Below, in pieces: positions 1 through 11,280 of a stretch of 64,000 nt of DNA. A model generated the notes under the pieces. It made no database searches, was not told the origin of the DNA, and worked only from the letters and a program-made list of their open reading frames with translations. Within the stretch, counting starts at the first letter, position 1. Each line of letters opens with the position of its first letter. The stretch covers positions 1,240,001 to 1,304,000 of the forward strand of contig OZ251231.1 of NCBI GenBank assembly GCA_965240325.2, written 5' to 3'. This DNA is from Rebecca billardiae RCC1528 (lineage: Eukaryota > Protista > Haptophyta). The position numbers and the translations under genes were made by a program.

Positions 1-3000
1 TGATAGAGCATCTCGGCGAGATCGTTCTGAGTCCCCAGCAGCAGCAGGTCCCAACATGCGATATAAGCTGTGTACTGGCAGGCTGTCAAACACGTAGTTT
101 CCCGGAAGCCACTGGTCGTTACATACCCACCGTGTATATAGACGCCATTCTGATGAATACAGTCTCGTCTGATCTCGAGCCGCGAGATACGTTTTCAGAC
201 TGTGTATACGGCCACGCGTACGGCGTATTGCAGACATAGTAGACCCAAAGCACCGGCCCCATGTCCTCAGCCCGGGAGTACTCTCGGTCATAATCAAGGT
301 TTAAAGTCACTCGAGCCAACCGTCACCGCTCCATGGCCGAGACCTACGAGGCAGGTCAAATCTGTCGTCATCGCAGTGCGGCACAGTGCCGAGCATGCGA
401 TTCGGCAGCAAACGCCTGCTCCAGGTGGTGGCTGGCGTCTCTGCACCAAACCAGGCCGGATGGGATCGGTCCATATATGTACGCCCTACCCTGTTCCGCG
501 CTATTTCTGGGCGTTGGGGCGGATATTCGGCCTACAGAGGCTGATCCGGCGCTGTTCGGCGCTCCTGGCTGGCTGCGCGGAGCCCAATGGCAAGCGCCGG
601 CGTGTGCAAGGTGTCAAGATTGAGACGATCTCTGACGCTCCCGCCGGTCTTGGGCGCACCACGTGCATGGAGGCCCATCTGCGTCTGCTTCTGCAGGCAT
701 GCGCGTCACAGGGGCGCGCTTGTAGGCACGGTCGAGTGCACGTCGGAGGCCTGTCGAATGAGCCAACCGCTGCCTGCGAGCACGTCCGCAACGTCCTGAG
801 AGGCGAATGGGAGGCGCCCCGACGCCATCTGGGGGCACGCATGACCCATACCCAACGTGCTGACCATCGCCAGTGCCACGGCAGGTGCAAACACGGGCCC
901 TACGAGCGGAACATGACAGTTGCGGGCTCCGCGGAGGTGTTGCGCGCGAGCTCGCGCAGGTCTGCTGACGGCGATTCCGGCGCAGCAGGGCAGGTTAGGC
1001 GAGCTGGGCATCCACGGATACACATGAACACTCGGGGCGAGCATCGATCTCCCCGGGGCGAGTTGATCTTGAGCCACAAGGAGCGGTAGCGTGACGGGCG
1101 TACGCAGCGCACCAATTCAAGCCGGCCGACGCGCGCCGCGCACGGCGCGAGGTGGCCAAGAACCGGGTGGTGAGCCGCTGGTGGCGCAAAGACAAGGGTC
1201 AGAAGCGCCCACCAGCGTCACGCGCGCGCGCTCCCGAGACCATATCGGCGTCTCATGGGACGCGAGCGCGCGGCGGTCCACTGCCTCCGGCCGCTCGTGC
1301 TCGAGCGGAACCGAGCTCTGAGCGCCCGAACGCGTCGGAGCTCGATTTTCGAGCGGGGTCCGAGAAAAGGGCTCCGCGCCACCCTAAAAGGCCGAGGGAG
1401 GAGCGAAAATGCGCCGCGGCTTTGATTTTCTTTTTTTAATGAGCGGTTTGGCCCCCCTACTGACGGCTACGAGCGCTGGTCCTAGCGAGTGTTTAGCGCT
1501 GAATTGGGGCTGGATCATATGCCCTCTGGAGGGGTCTGGGCCAGCCAAGTAAAAAAATCAGGTGCACATACCCTGAATATAGGGCGTAACGGCTAGCATA
1601 TTTACTTATTAGAATGAGCCTGAACTTATTGGAAACGGCATGTAACGGCTGTCTTATATGTGACATATAGACCATGTCGACTTCACTTTGATAGAGCATC
1701 TCGGCGAGATCGTTCTGAGTCCCCAGCAGCAGCAGGTCCCAACATGCGATATAGGCTGTGTACTGGCAGGCTGTCAAACACGTAGTTTCCCGGAAGCCAC
1801 TCTGGTCGTTACATACCCACCGTGTATATAGACGCCATGCTGATGAATACAGTCTCGTCTGATCTCGAGCCGCGAGATACGTTTTCAGACTGTGTATACG
1901 GCCATGCGTACGGCGTATTGCAGACATAGTAGACCCAAAGCACCGGCCCCATGTCCTCAGCTCGGGAGTACTCTCGGTCATAATCAAGGTTTAAAGTCAC
2001 TCGAGCCAACCGTCACCGCTCCATGGCCGAGACCTACGAGGCAGGTCAAATCTGTCGTCGTCGCAGCGCGGCACAGTGCCGAGCATGCGATTCGGCAGCA
2101 AACGCCTGCTCCAGGTGGTGGCTGGCGTCTCTGCACCAAACCAGGCCGGATGGGATCGGTCCATATATGTACGCCCTACCCTGTTCCGCGCTATTTCTGG
2201 GCGTTGGGGCGGATATTCGGCCTACAGAGGCTGATCCGGCGCTGTTCGGCGCTCCTGGCTGGCTGCGCGGAGCCCAATGGCAAGCGCCGGCGTGTGCAAG
2301 GTGTCAAGATTGAGACGGTCTCTGACGCTCCCGCCGGTCTTGGGCGCACCACGGTGCATTGAGGCCCATCTGCGTCTGCTTCTGCAGGCATGCGCGTCAC
2401 AGGGGCGCGCTTGTAGGCACGGTCGAGTGCACGTCGGATCTGTCGAATGAGCCATCCGCTGCCTGCGAGCACGTCCGCGACGTCCTGAGAGGCGAATGGG
2501 AGGCGCCCCGACGCCATCTGGGGGCACGCGTGACCCATACCCAACGTGCTGACCATCGCAAGTGCCACGGCAGGTGCAAACACGGGCCCTACGAGCGGAA
2601 CATGACAGTTGCGGGCTCCGCGGAGGTGTTGCGCGCGAGCTCGCGCCGGTCTGCTGACGGCGATTCCGGCGCAGCAGGGCAGGTTAGGCGAGCTGGGCAT
2701 CCACGGATACACATGAACACTTGGGGCGAGCATCGATCTCGCCGGGGCGAGTTGATCTTGAGCCACAAGGAGGGGTAGCGTGACGGGCGTACGCAGCGCA
2801 GCAATTCAAGCCGGCCGACGCGCGCCGCGCACGGCGCGAGGTGGCCAAGAACCGGGTGGTGAGCCGCTGGTGGCGCAAAGACAAGGGTCAGAAGCGCCCA
2901 CCAGCGTCACGCGCGCGCGCTCCCGAGACCATCTCGGCGTATCATGGGACGCGAGCGCGCGGCGGTCCACTGCCTCCGGCCGCTCGCTCGAGCGGAACCG

Positions 3001-3149
3001 AGCTCTCAGAGCGCCCGAACGCGTCGGAGCTCGATTTTCGAGCGAGGTCCGAGAAAAAGGCTCCGCGCCACCCTAAAATGCCGAGGGAGGAGCGAAAATG
3101 CGCCGCGGCTTTGATTTTCTTTTTTAAATGAGCGGTTTGGCCCCCCTAC
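1..3149. repeat. Tandem direct duplication, period about 1.69 kb (copy 1 <1-1460; copy 2 1689-3149, with 1461-1688 either unit or spacer)
   Basis: TGATAGAGCATCTCGGCGAG starts at 1 and at 1689. Both copies end in ATGAGCGGTTTGGCCCCCCTAC (1460 and 3149). Only scattered substitutions and 1-2 bp indels separate them. Confidence 0.95.
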
Positions 3150-3418
3150 CGCGCCGGGCGGCCCGGCGCCGCCGAGAGACAGCTCCGCGCGAGGGTACCG
3201 TAGTTAGTCCGCGCGCCGAGACGGAGACCCGAGGGGCGGCCGAGGCGAGGGCGAGTGCCCGTGACTCCGTCTCCGACCCGGTGGCCGTTTTACCGGTAGG
3301 CGGTAGCTCGACAGTCGGCCCCGGTCTCCGCCGAGTCATTCGCCGGTCGGCGGCCCTGACCTGTCACTGAGTCACCTGAGTTCATCACTGACACCTCGGA
3401 TGGTGCGAGACGCCACGG

Positions 3419-5401
3419 TCAATCGTCCTTGGTCACCTGGACGACGACAGCCGGATGCTCGTCGCCGCCGCCGCCGCCGCTGTTGCCGCCGCCGCCGCCG
3501 CCGCCGCCGCCACCCGCCCGCCGTCGCCGCTGCTGCTGCCGCCTGCGGCACCACAGCCGCGCGCCGAGCCCGAGCAGCAGCACGTACGGTACGTACCCCA
3601 GCAGCGCGTCCAGGTCCCACACGGCGTTGTACACGGCGAGCTCGTACCACTCGAGCGCCGCGCGCGCGCGCGGCGAGGCGGGGTCGGTGAGCGAGCCGCG
3701 AGACCCCGTGCCGAGCACGTCGAGCCGTGGCGCCACCTCGAGCACAAACAGCGCCGCCCACGCCGCGATCTCTGCGAGCGCCGACTTGAGCGCGAAGCGC
3801 GCGAGGACGACGCCGCCGAGCGAGCCGACGAGGCAGACGGTGGAGAGCTTGGTCGCGTACTGCGCGAGCAGCTCGGCGCGCGCCGCCTCGCTCGCGGACT
3901 CGTGCCGCGCGCCGTACTCCGCCGCCGCCGGGCCGACGCAGCCGGCGAGCGCAGACGCGCATCGCTCCAGCGTCGCGTTGAGCCGCGCGCGAGACGGCAG
4001 CAGCGCGCCGCGCAGCGAGCGGAGCCCAGCCTCGCACGTGCGCCAGCCCCTCGCGCACCGCTCGTGCGACGCCTTGAAGTTGGCGTCGGCGCGCGCGCTG
4101 AACGCCGCGAGCGCGCGCTCGCGCAGCACCGCCTCCGAGTCCGCGGAGCCGCCGAAGCTCTGCGCGCGCAGCCGCGCGCTCGCGCGGCCGAGCGCCGTGT
4201 CGTTCAGGCTCAGCAAGGCCTCGTGCGGCGCCGGCAGCGGCTGCGACTCGAGCTCGGCGGCGTACTCGCGCGCGCAGCGCTCGACGAGCTGCGCGTTGAA
4301 GGTGTCCACGACCGAGGCGACCGACGGGATGTCCTGCGCGTTCAGCGCCTCGATCGCGCGCGTCGCGAACTCGGCGACGCCCGCGCCACCGCCGGCGCCA
4401 AACGCGCGCGCGCCGCCGTGCTGCGAGAGGTACGTCCGCACCGTGTCGAGCCGCGCCGTGTACTCGGCGGGCAGCTGGCCGGCGGCGGCGAGCTCGCAGA
4501 GCTTGGTGCGGTCGAGCGCGGGCTGCGGCACGCCGATCCCGCGCACGTTGCGGAACACGCCGAGCGAGCCGCGTATTCTGTTCAGCCGCGCGATGTGCTC
4601 GTCCGCAGACGGGTTGGGCACCGGCTGCAGCGACGCGCGCACGTGCGCGTCGGCGTCCGCGCCCTGCAGGAAGTCGCGCTGGATGAGCCAGAGCAGCGAG
4701 GGCGGCGCCCACGCGGGCGCGGCGGCCTCGGCCGCCCAGGGCGGCGCGCCCGCGCCCGCGCCCGCCGGCCCCACGCGCGACCAGAACTCCGTCGCCAGCT
4801 CGACGACGAACGCGAGCTTCTCAATGTCGCCCTCTTTCACCGCCTCGGGCACGTTGTACACGAGCACCGACGAGAGGAGCGCGGCGAAGGAGAAGATGCG
4901 GTCGTCGTACACGCCGGTCGCGCCGGCGCCCTCGATGCCCTCCGTGTCCACGAAGATGATCGTCGGCGCCGCCGCGTCGGCCGCCCTCGGCGCCGGCATC
5001 GGCGCGCTCCACAGCCAGACGCCTTTTGTTTGCGTCGAGCGCCTGTGGCCGACCGTGAAGCCGACGTCGCACCCCACGCCGAGGAGCTGGTTGAGCACGA
5101 AGGACTTGCCCGAGCGGTACGGCCCGATGATGGAGACGAGGGCCACCGGGCCGCGCAGCCCGCGCAGCCACTCGACCGCCTCCGGCTGCAGCACCAGCCG
5201 CGTGTGCGACTCGTCGGGCAGCGCGAGCGCGAGCGCGTGCGCGCCGCTCGAGGGCGCGGCGGTGGCGGCGGGGGTGCCGACGGGCACCGCAAGGGCACTG
5301 CCCTGTCGGCGCGCAGCCGTCGCCGCCGCCGCGACCGCCAGCAGCAGCCGCGCCGGCGGGAGCGATCTGGCGCGCGCGCGGCGGAGGCGCTGCACATCCA
5401 T
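3419..5401 (-). CDS. Guanylate-binding protein/atlastin-family GTPase with C-terminal membrane anchors
   Basis: Motifs VSIIGPYRSGKS (P-loop), TQTKGVWLW, FVDTEG, DDRIFSFAALLSSVLVYN and QRDF are present. There are three hydrophobic segments near the C-terminus. The ATG at 5401 (MDVQRL) is preferred over the AT-rich upstream extension. Confidence 0.9.
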   Translation of the reverse strand: MDVQRLRRARARSLPPARLLLAVAAAATAARRQGSALAVPVGTPAATAAPSSGAHALALALPDESHTRLVLQPEAVEWLRGLRGPVALVSIIGPYRSGKSFVLNQLLGVGCDVGFTVGHRRSTQTKGVWLWSAPMPAPRAADAAAPTIIFVDTEGIEGAGATGVYDDRIFSFAALLSSVLVYNVPEAVKEGDIEKLAFVVELATEFWSRVGPAGAGAGAPPWAAEAAAPAWAPPSLLWLIQRDFLQGADADAHVRASLQPVPNPSADEHIARLNRIRGSLGVFRNVRGIGVPQPALDRTKLCELAAAGQLPAEYTARLDTVRTYLSQHGGARAFGAGGGAGVAEFATRAIEALNAQDIPSVASVVDTFNAQLVERCAREYAAELESQPLPAPHEALLSLNDTALGRASARLRAQSFGGSADSEAVLRERALAAFSARADANFKASHERCARGWRTCEAGLRSLRGALLPSRARLNATLERCASALAGCVGPAAAEYGARHESASEAARAELLAQYATKLSTVCLVGSLGGVVLARFALKSALAEIAAWAALFVLEVAPRLDVLGTGSRGSLTDPASPRARAALEWYELAVYNAVWDLDALLGYVPYVLLLGLGARLWCRRRQQQRRRRAGGGGGGGGGGNSGGGGGDEHPAVVVQVTKDD

Positions 5402-5771
5402 CGTCGTCCCTCCGGTTTTTAATGTCGCCGAAATCACTCGAAATGGGATGGCTCTGCACGATGGCGACCACAACAGTCCGGTTCGGGTCACATCAAGAAC
5501 ACCGGATTCATTTCGTGGGCGTTTCGTTGTTCGCCTGGAAAAATCGCGCTTGAAAAAAACCGAATTATATATGATATATGTCGTCTGCTCGACTTTCATA
5601 TACTAAATACTAATGACTTTCCTATATCATAAAACCTATTGGGAGGTGCTCACCAATCTCATTATTGATTCATCGGTCGTAACGCCCGCACCCTTTTGGG
5701 TTGCCTAATCACACCCTAATATTCTTTTATACCGGATGGGAGACGTCGTATGACTGGAACATATTATATTA

Positions 5772-6394
5772 CCGATTTCAGGCACCCGTGGAAGTCAATC
5801 ACGATTCACTTTGACCCTCTTCGATCGTGCCGATTAGATCGATCGAGATCGATCGTGTTTGTGGATCACGAGTTCGATCGCGAATCGATCTGCCGATCGC
5901 GAACCCGATCACAACTCACGTTCAATCGACATCGATCGGCAAAGCGGGTGCGTTCGATCGTGATCGATCATCTACTCCGATTCACAAACGATCGTGATCG
6001 ATCGCAATCGATCACGAAGAAGCAAATCGATGGCTCGCCTTTTGTGATGACTGATACCAGCTAAATCGGTCGCAATTTTGTAAGTGATACATAGGCGTCA
6101 TGATGAGGTATCGATCGATTCGTTGAGAATGTGTTTCGTAAATCGATCGTTTCGATCTCAAACGCGATCGATCCCAATCAATCGAGGTTCGCCGATCGAT
6201 CGAGATCAAATCAGAATCACGAGCTGTTCAACTCAGTTCGGATCGAGATTGGATCGGCGAACTGATCTGGCCAATCACAATCGATCACAACCCACCCACT
6301 TCGATCGCGATCGATTCGGATGAAGGACCAAAGCAGAACTGATCCGAATTGATTCTGACTTCGACGATTGACTTCCACGGGTGCCTGAAATCGG
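5772..6394. mobile_element. MITE, Tc1/mariner-pogo-like (TA target), GATC-rich interior
   Basis: Perfect 29-bp TIR CCGATTTCAGGCACCCGTGGAAGTCAATC at 5772-5800 and 6366-6394, flanked by TA at 5770-5771 and 6395-6396. No credible ORF inside. Confidence 0.9.
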
Positions 6395-6986
6395 TAATAT
6401 TATTCGCGTGGTTCATACGCCCATCAATCACATCATTTATGAACAAGTCATCATCAGTCATCACACATCGTCAAAGTTTTGTATTGGCTGGTGATGAAGA
6501 CCCGGATACATGTTCTTCTGATCGTCAGTGATCACGAGGAGAATATACAAATATTTAATCACGATCGGCTCATCAATCAGAGCCCTGTCTGGGACTCCAC
6601 GCCGAATCACAAGTGGCGAATCACGTATAAGGAGGTGCGCGCGAGCTGGTAAGTCTTGGCCTTCGTCGACCAATCGCGTCGGTTGCGTCGCTGCAGCGAA
6701 GCGTGCCAATTGGCCCGCTCCGACAACCTATTGGTTCAACCCTACGTTTTCAGTTTTTTTCAGATCCCACTTTTCGTTTGAAAAGCCGATATCCTGTAGT
6801 GAATGAGCTGGGCCACGCGGGGCGGGTGGCGAAGGCGTGAGAACGATACCGTGCTCTGCGACCCCATTGGTTGCCCGCTTTCGGCGTTCGCTCGGCTGTT
6901 CCCCCGGTTGCGGCCGACCAAACCACGGCCGAGAACTGGCTCGGGACGAATTCGTTCGTCGGATCGAGGACCTCGAGCACCGCGCG

Positions 6987-7781
6987 ATGATCCACTCGCC
7001 GCGGCTCGCGCCGTGGGCTGCGGGTCCGGGCTCGTCTCCGACATCACCCGTCTCGATCAAGGTGCCGCGCACCGTCAGCCCCAACCGCCGCTGCGTCGGC
7101 TTCGACGTGGCGGCCCCGAGCGCGATACCGCCGCTGGCCCTGGGCACGGGGCCACTCGCTCGCGCGCCCGGGCACACGGCGCACCTGCCGGAGCTTGCGC
7201 GGGCAGACTCGATCGTGGGCATCACACAATGCACTCAACACATCGCCTTCCGACGGCAGGGCGACGACTTCGAGCGGGCGCTCAACATGCTCGTCGAGGA
7301 TGCGGCCGCCTTCGTCGACAAGCTCCTGGCGGCCCTCGTGCCGGCGTGCCGGCTGCAGGTGGTCACGCACCTGAGTAGCAAGCTGTCGGCGGCGCTCGCG
7401 CCGGACGGCACGAGCCGCAGGAAGCGATTCATCTCGCGCGACCTCGTGGCCGGCCATCTCGTTGTCTTTGAGCTCACCGTCTCGCAGCGCATGCAGTCGG
7501 TTGCGACGCCGCTCCAGTCCGCAGAGATCTTCTCGTTGGAGCTCGCAGGGCGCGCGGTGCTGGCGAGTGCAGCGGAGGCGGAGGGCACGCGTATGCTGCA
7601 AAAGGTCGCGCGCTTGCCATCCAAGCTCGTCCTGCCCGCCATCGGCGCGTCGCCGCTGCCGCCTCGCTCGCCGTCGCCGACGCGGCCCGCATCCTTTGCG
7701 TCGGACGACGACGATGCCAACCGCAATTCGGACGTGCCCTCGTCCGCGCTCGCGGGCTCCTTCACGGAGCTCTCACCCTGA
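6987..7781 (+). CDS. Hypothetical protein (264 aa)
   Basis: Long ORF with coding-like codon use and a globular-looking middle (FERALNMLVEDAAAFVDKLL). First in-frame ATG is at 6987. No family recognised. Confidence 0.6.
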   Translation: MIHSPRLAPWAAGPGSSPTSPVSIKVPRTVSPNRRCVGFDVAAPSAIPPLALGTGPLARAPGHTAHLPELARADSIVGITQCTQHIAFRRQGDDFERALNMLVEDAAAFVDKLLAALVPACRLQVVTHLSSKLSAALAPDGTSRRKRFISRDLVAGHLVVFELTVSQRMQSVATPLQSAEIFSLELAGRAVLASAAEAEGTRMLQKVARLPSKLVLPAIGASPLPPRSPSPTRPASFASDDDDANRNSDVPSSALAGSFTELSP

Positions 7782-9720
7782 CGCGCGGCGAGCTCGGGCT
7801 CGTCGCGCGTGGCAACCCTGCCTCGGCCACCCTGCCAGGCTTGGGGGTGCCCTTGGGTGTAATTATGTGCACGGTCCTGACTTCCTGAACCTCTCGGCTG
7901 CAAATGCAATGTGTCTGGCGATCCGGTCTGAACGCGTGGGGCGTGCAGAGGGCGGTCTTCGGACTCCGATGAGCGACTTAAGGGACTTGCGGGAATGCCG
8001 CGCCGCAGCTACTGCTAGCCAGTGACGGACAGACGGTCGGCGACTCGCGCTGGATCGGAGTGAACAGTTAGTGATAGTAAAATCAGTTATAATATAATAA
8101 TTTGTACGTACATTAATATTTAAAAAAGAAGTTAAATTTAAGAATTATTAGATATATCATTTGACATGCGACTCGGACTCTGATTCGTCCAATAATTTCA
8201 ATCAGCTCAGCTGACTCAGTTTCGGACTTCGGTACTACAGAGTACAGCTGCTAGAATACAGTCTGAGATACAAGTCACGCAGTTTCGGATTACCGGTCCG
8301 CGTACTTACGTATTAGCTACTCACGAATCTCGTACTCGTAGCCGTGCGCTCCGCAGCAGTCTGCGGCGACTACCAGTACCGTCACTACGCGGTCCGATTA
8401 AGACTCACGGAATCAGATGTAATTACGAGAGCACAGCTAGCAGCTGTCACATTTGATTTATTTATTCGCGTTCTCCTCCCGAGTCCCGGACCGTCGGCGG
8501 TCGGTGAGCCTGCTCATCACGAGTGAGAGTCACGACGCCCGCCCGGGCCCGGCGCGCCACGCGGGCGGGCCGGACGACTGCATCAACGGTGCATGGGCGC
8601 GGGACGCGGCGCGCGGAATCATCTCGGACACGGTCCGGACACGGTCACGGACACGGTCACGGGGCCCACGGGCAGGCGGGCGCCACGGGCGGCACGGGCT
8701 GACGGGCACGGCCACGGCCGCACAGTCATAATGCACGGGTCTGCCATCGCGCGACGCCGCGACGCGGCGCGGGGCGGCGACGCCGGACTGGTATCTGGCG
8801 GTGTCGGAACGAACTCGGATCTGATGAGTTTTAGACTTCCAATGTCGTCATAGTAATAGTGACTATAGCATACTGAACCGCCAGGCCGCGGGGCCGTCCC
8901 GGCCGCCGTCCGGGCCACCGCGGGCCGCTGCGGCTCGGCCCGCTTGCTGACCTTGTGACCGACGGCGCCGCACTTGGCACTGCGGCGCGCCACCGCGACC
9001 GCCCCGCACGCCCCGGCTTGACATTATTGACATGCAAGTTGACCCGCCCGCTAGCTAGTGAATCCTTAGTGCCATCGCTTCAGTAATTGGATTATTGGAC
9101 TGACTTGCTGATGATGGTTATTGATGCACTGACCGTCTGACGGCCACGGGGCCTGGGGGGGGGGGGGGGCTACGATCTAGGCGGGGCACCCGGTACCGCG
9201 TACGGTCTAGCCTCTAGCTTCTAGGGCGTCTAGGCGCCCGCTGGCACTCGGCCGGCCGGGTCTGCCGGCCGCCGGCGTCTGTCGGCAGATCATCAGTGAT
9301 CTGTGATATGACTGCGATATAGCTAGCAGCCGCCGACTCGCGTCATCGTCGGATTAACTCGCGACTATATAGCGTCGTCGGCGGATAGTGTCAAGTGTGT
9401 GATCAGGGACAAGGTCACGCGACGTACAGCCCGCGGTCGGCACGTCAGCAAATAACGAAGATGAATTCAGTGACGAGTTGTCGAGTCGTGATCAGTTGAT
9501 GCGGACGACCGACGACGGACGTCACGGACGAGTCGCGGACCGGAGCGGCGGATTGCGCGGAACTGACGGACTTGACTGCGCTGAGTGGATCGAGCCGCAG
9601 ACGTCCGACCGGGCGACCGGCGGCGTGGTCGTGGCTCGTGCGGCCCGTCGGCCCGTCGCCGTCGGCCCGCCGCCCGGCTTCGACGGCTGCTGATAATATA
9701 TGTTGACAATGAACATGTGA

Positions 9721-11130
9721 TCACCACCATCCTCGCTGCGACCGCGCACCGTTCACAGCACCGGCAGCGCGGGCCCACGCAGCGCAGCTGCCGTGCGAGC
9801 ACTCGATGCGCTCGATGGGCACGCCCGTGAATGCCTTGAGCCGGCCAGGCGCGGGCGCGCCGACCCTCGAGCCGTCGCCCAGCTGGCCGTTCACATTGTC
9901 GCCCCACACCATCACGTCGCCGGTGCTCAGCACGGCTGCCGAGTGCGCCTCGCCGGCCGCGAGTGCCGACGTGCGCACCGGCACGACGCGCTGCGCGGAC
10001 TCGTCCCACTCTCGTCGGTTGTTGATGGCCTTGAGCTCGCGCACCGCCGAGATGTGCCGAAACTGGCCGTCGCCGAGCTGGCCGAACCGGCCAAAGCCGC
10101 ATCCGAGCACGCGCGTCTCGCCGCTCGGCGCGTGCTCGAGCGCAAAGAGCGAGTGCGACGCGCCCGCGGCGACCGCCGAGACGGTGACGGCGGAGCGCTC
10201 CGCGAAGGGGCTGCTCTGATCGGGCCGCAGGTGAGCGAGGAGGTCCACCGCGACGGGCTCGGCGCGGTGGTCCGCCTCCGCCCTGAACGAGGTCACGCTC
10301 GAGTTGCGCACGCCCAGCTGCAGCCAGCGGTCGTCGCCAAAGGCAAACAGCGCACCGTCGGCGGTGCGAGCAAAGGTGTGCGTGCCGCCGCAGGCGACGT
10401 CGACGACGCGCTGGCCGTCGATCGCGCCGCGGACGAGCCGCGGCTCCTCGACCCGGTCGGGACCGACCAGCGCCTCGCCCAGGCCCAGCTGCCCGCGCTC
10501 GTTCGCGCCGCACGCCAGCACCTCGCCCTTGCTCGACAGCAGCACGACGTGCCGAGCACCCGCCGCCGCCGAGACGATGCGCCTGCGCGCCGCGTCGCCT
10601 GCGAGCACGGCCGGCGGCTGCGGCAGGCTCAGCGGCGCCGCGGCATCGGCGCCGACGGCGGGCTTCAGGCTCGCCGCCCACGCACGGAAGGCCGGCACGC
10701 ACAGCGCGCGCCCGCGGCGTGTGACGACGACGAGGTCATCGTGTGTCGTGGCGAGCGCGGCCAGCGGCTCCGAGAACGCGACGCGCCGCGGCGGCGAGCG
10801 GTCGGGGCGCACGCGGCCAAGCGGGCCCGTCCACAGCCACAGCTGGCCCTTCTCGTCCAGCGCGACGGTGTATCGCTCGCCGAACGCCACGTGCTCCAGC
10901 TTCGCCCCGCCCGCGGTTAGCTCAATCGGCGGCGAGGTCTCCTCTGCCGACGGCATCGCCGCCTCGCCCCAGACAAAGAGGGGGGTGGGAGCGGCGGCCG
11001 CCTGCGCGGCGGAGAGGCTGCCAGCGAGCGCGGCACCCGCACCCGCCGCGGCCGTCGCGGCCGCCAGCCGCGCCACACGGCGCGAGGCGGACGCAACGAG
11101 CGTGCGCCGAAGGAACCCGAAGGACGCCAT
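9721..11130 (-). CDS. RCC1-repeat protein, probably mitochondrial (FMP25/RCC1L-like)
   Basis: RCC1 repeats VSAAAGARHVVLL..CGANERGQLG, VDVACGGTHTF..FGDDRWLQLG and LAAGEAHSAA..WGDNVNGQLG. The N-terminus MASFGFLRRTLV is Arg-rich and free of acidic residues. Confidence 0.85.
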   Translation of the reverse strand: MASFGFLRRTLVASASRRVARLAAATAAAGAGAALAGSLSAAQAAAAPTPLFVWGEAAMPSAEETSPPIELTAGGAKLEHVAFGERYTVALDEKGQLWLWTGPLGRVRPDRSPPRRVAFSEPLAALATTHDDLVVVTRRGRALCVPAFRAWAASLKPAVGADAAAPLSLPQPPAVLAGDAARRRIVSAAAGARHVVLLSSKGEVLACGANERGQLGLGEALVGPDRVEEPRLVRGAIDGQRVVDVACGGTHTFARTADGALFAFGDDRWLQLGVRNSSVTSFRAEADHRAEPVAVDLLAHLRPDQSSPFAERSAVTVSAVAAGASHSLFALEHAPSGETRVLGCGFGRFGQLGDGQFRHISAVRELKAINNRREWDESAQRVVPVRTSALAAGEAHSAAVLSTGDVMVWGDNVNGQLGDGSRVGAPAPGRLKAFTGVPIERIECSHGSCAAWARAAGAVNGARSQRGWW

Positions 11131-11280
11131 CGTGTACGTCACGCCTTCGTGAAGCCGCGCTCCAAATTCTTAATTCGCATCATGGAGCGAATTCGCATGA
11201 CGAGTTGACGACCACCCGGACAACCAATTACGAACGTGCGTCAAACCGGCGCCCCCTCAATCCCTCATCGGTCGGTCGCC

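Noticed and set aside
3372-5606. Long overlapping antisense and alternate-frame ORFs here and over most genes
   Set aside because: They are Arg/Ala/Pro-rich shadows caused by stop-codon scarcity at very high GC.
5800-6366. CRISPR array or cyanobacterial HIP1 island
   Set aside because: There is no regular repeat-spacer period, and the motif is the GATC core rather than GCGATCGC.
5750-6531. Short R/S/I/D-rich ORFs
   Set aside because: They are translations of the GATC-rich MITE interior.
8590-9036. GGACACGGTC x3 and CACGG repeats as a MITE
   Set aside because: No convincing TIR pair or TSD could be aligned.
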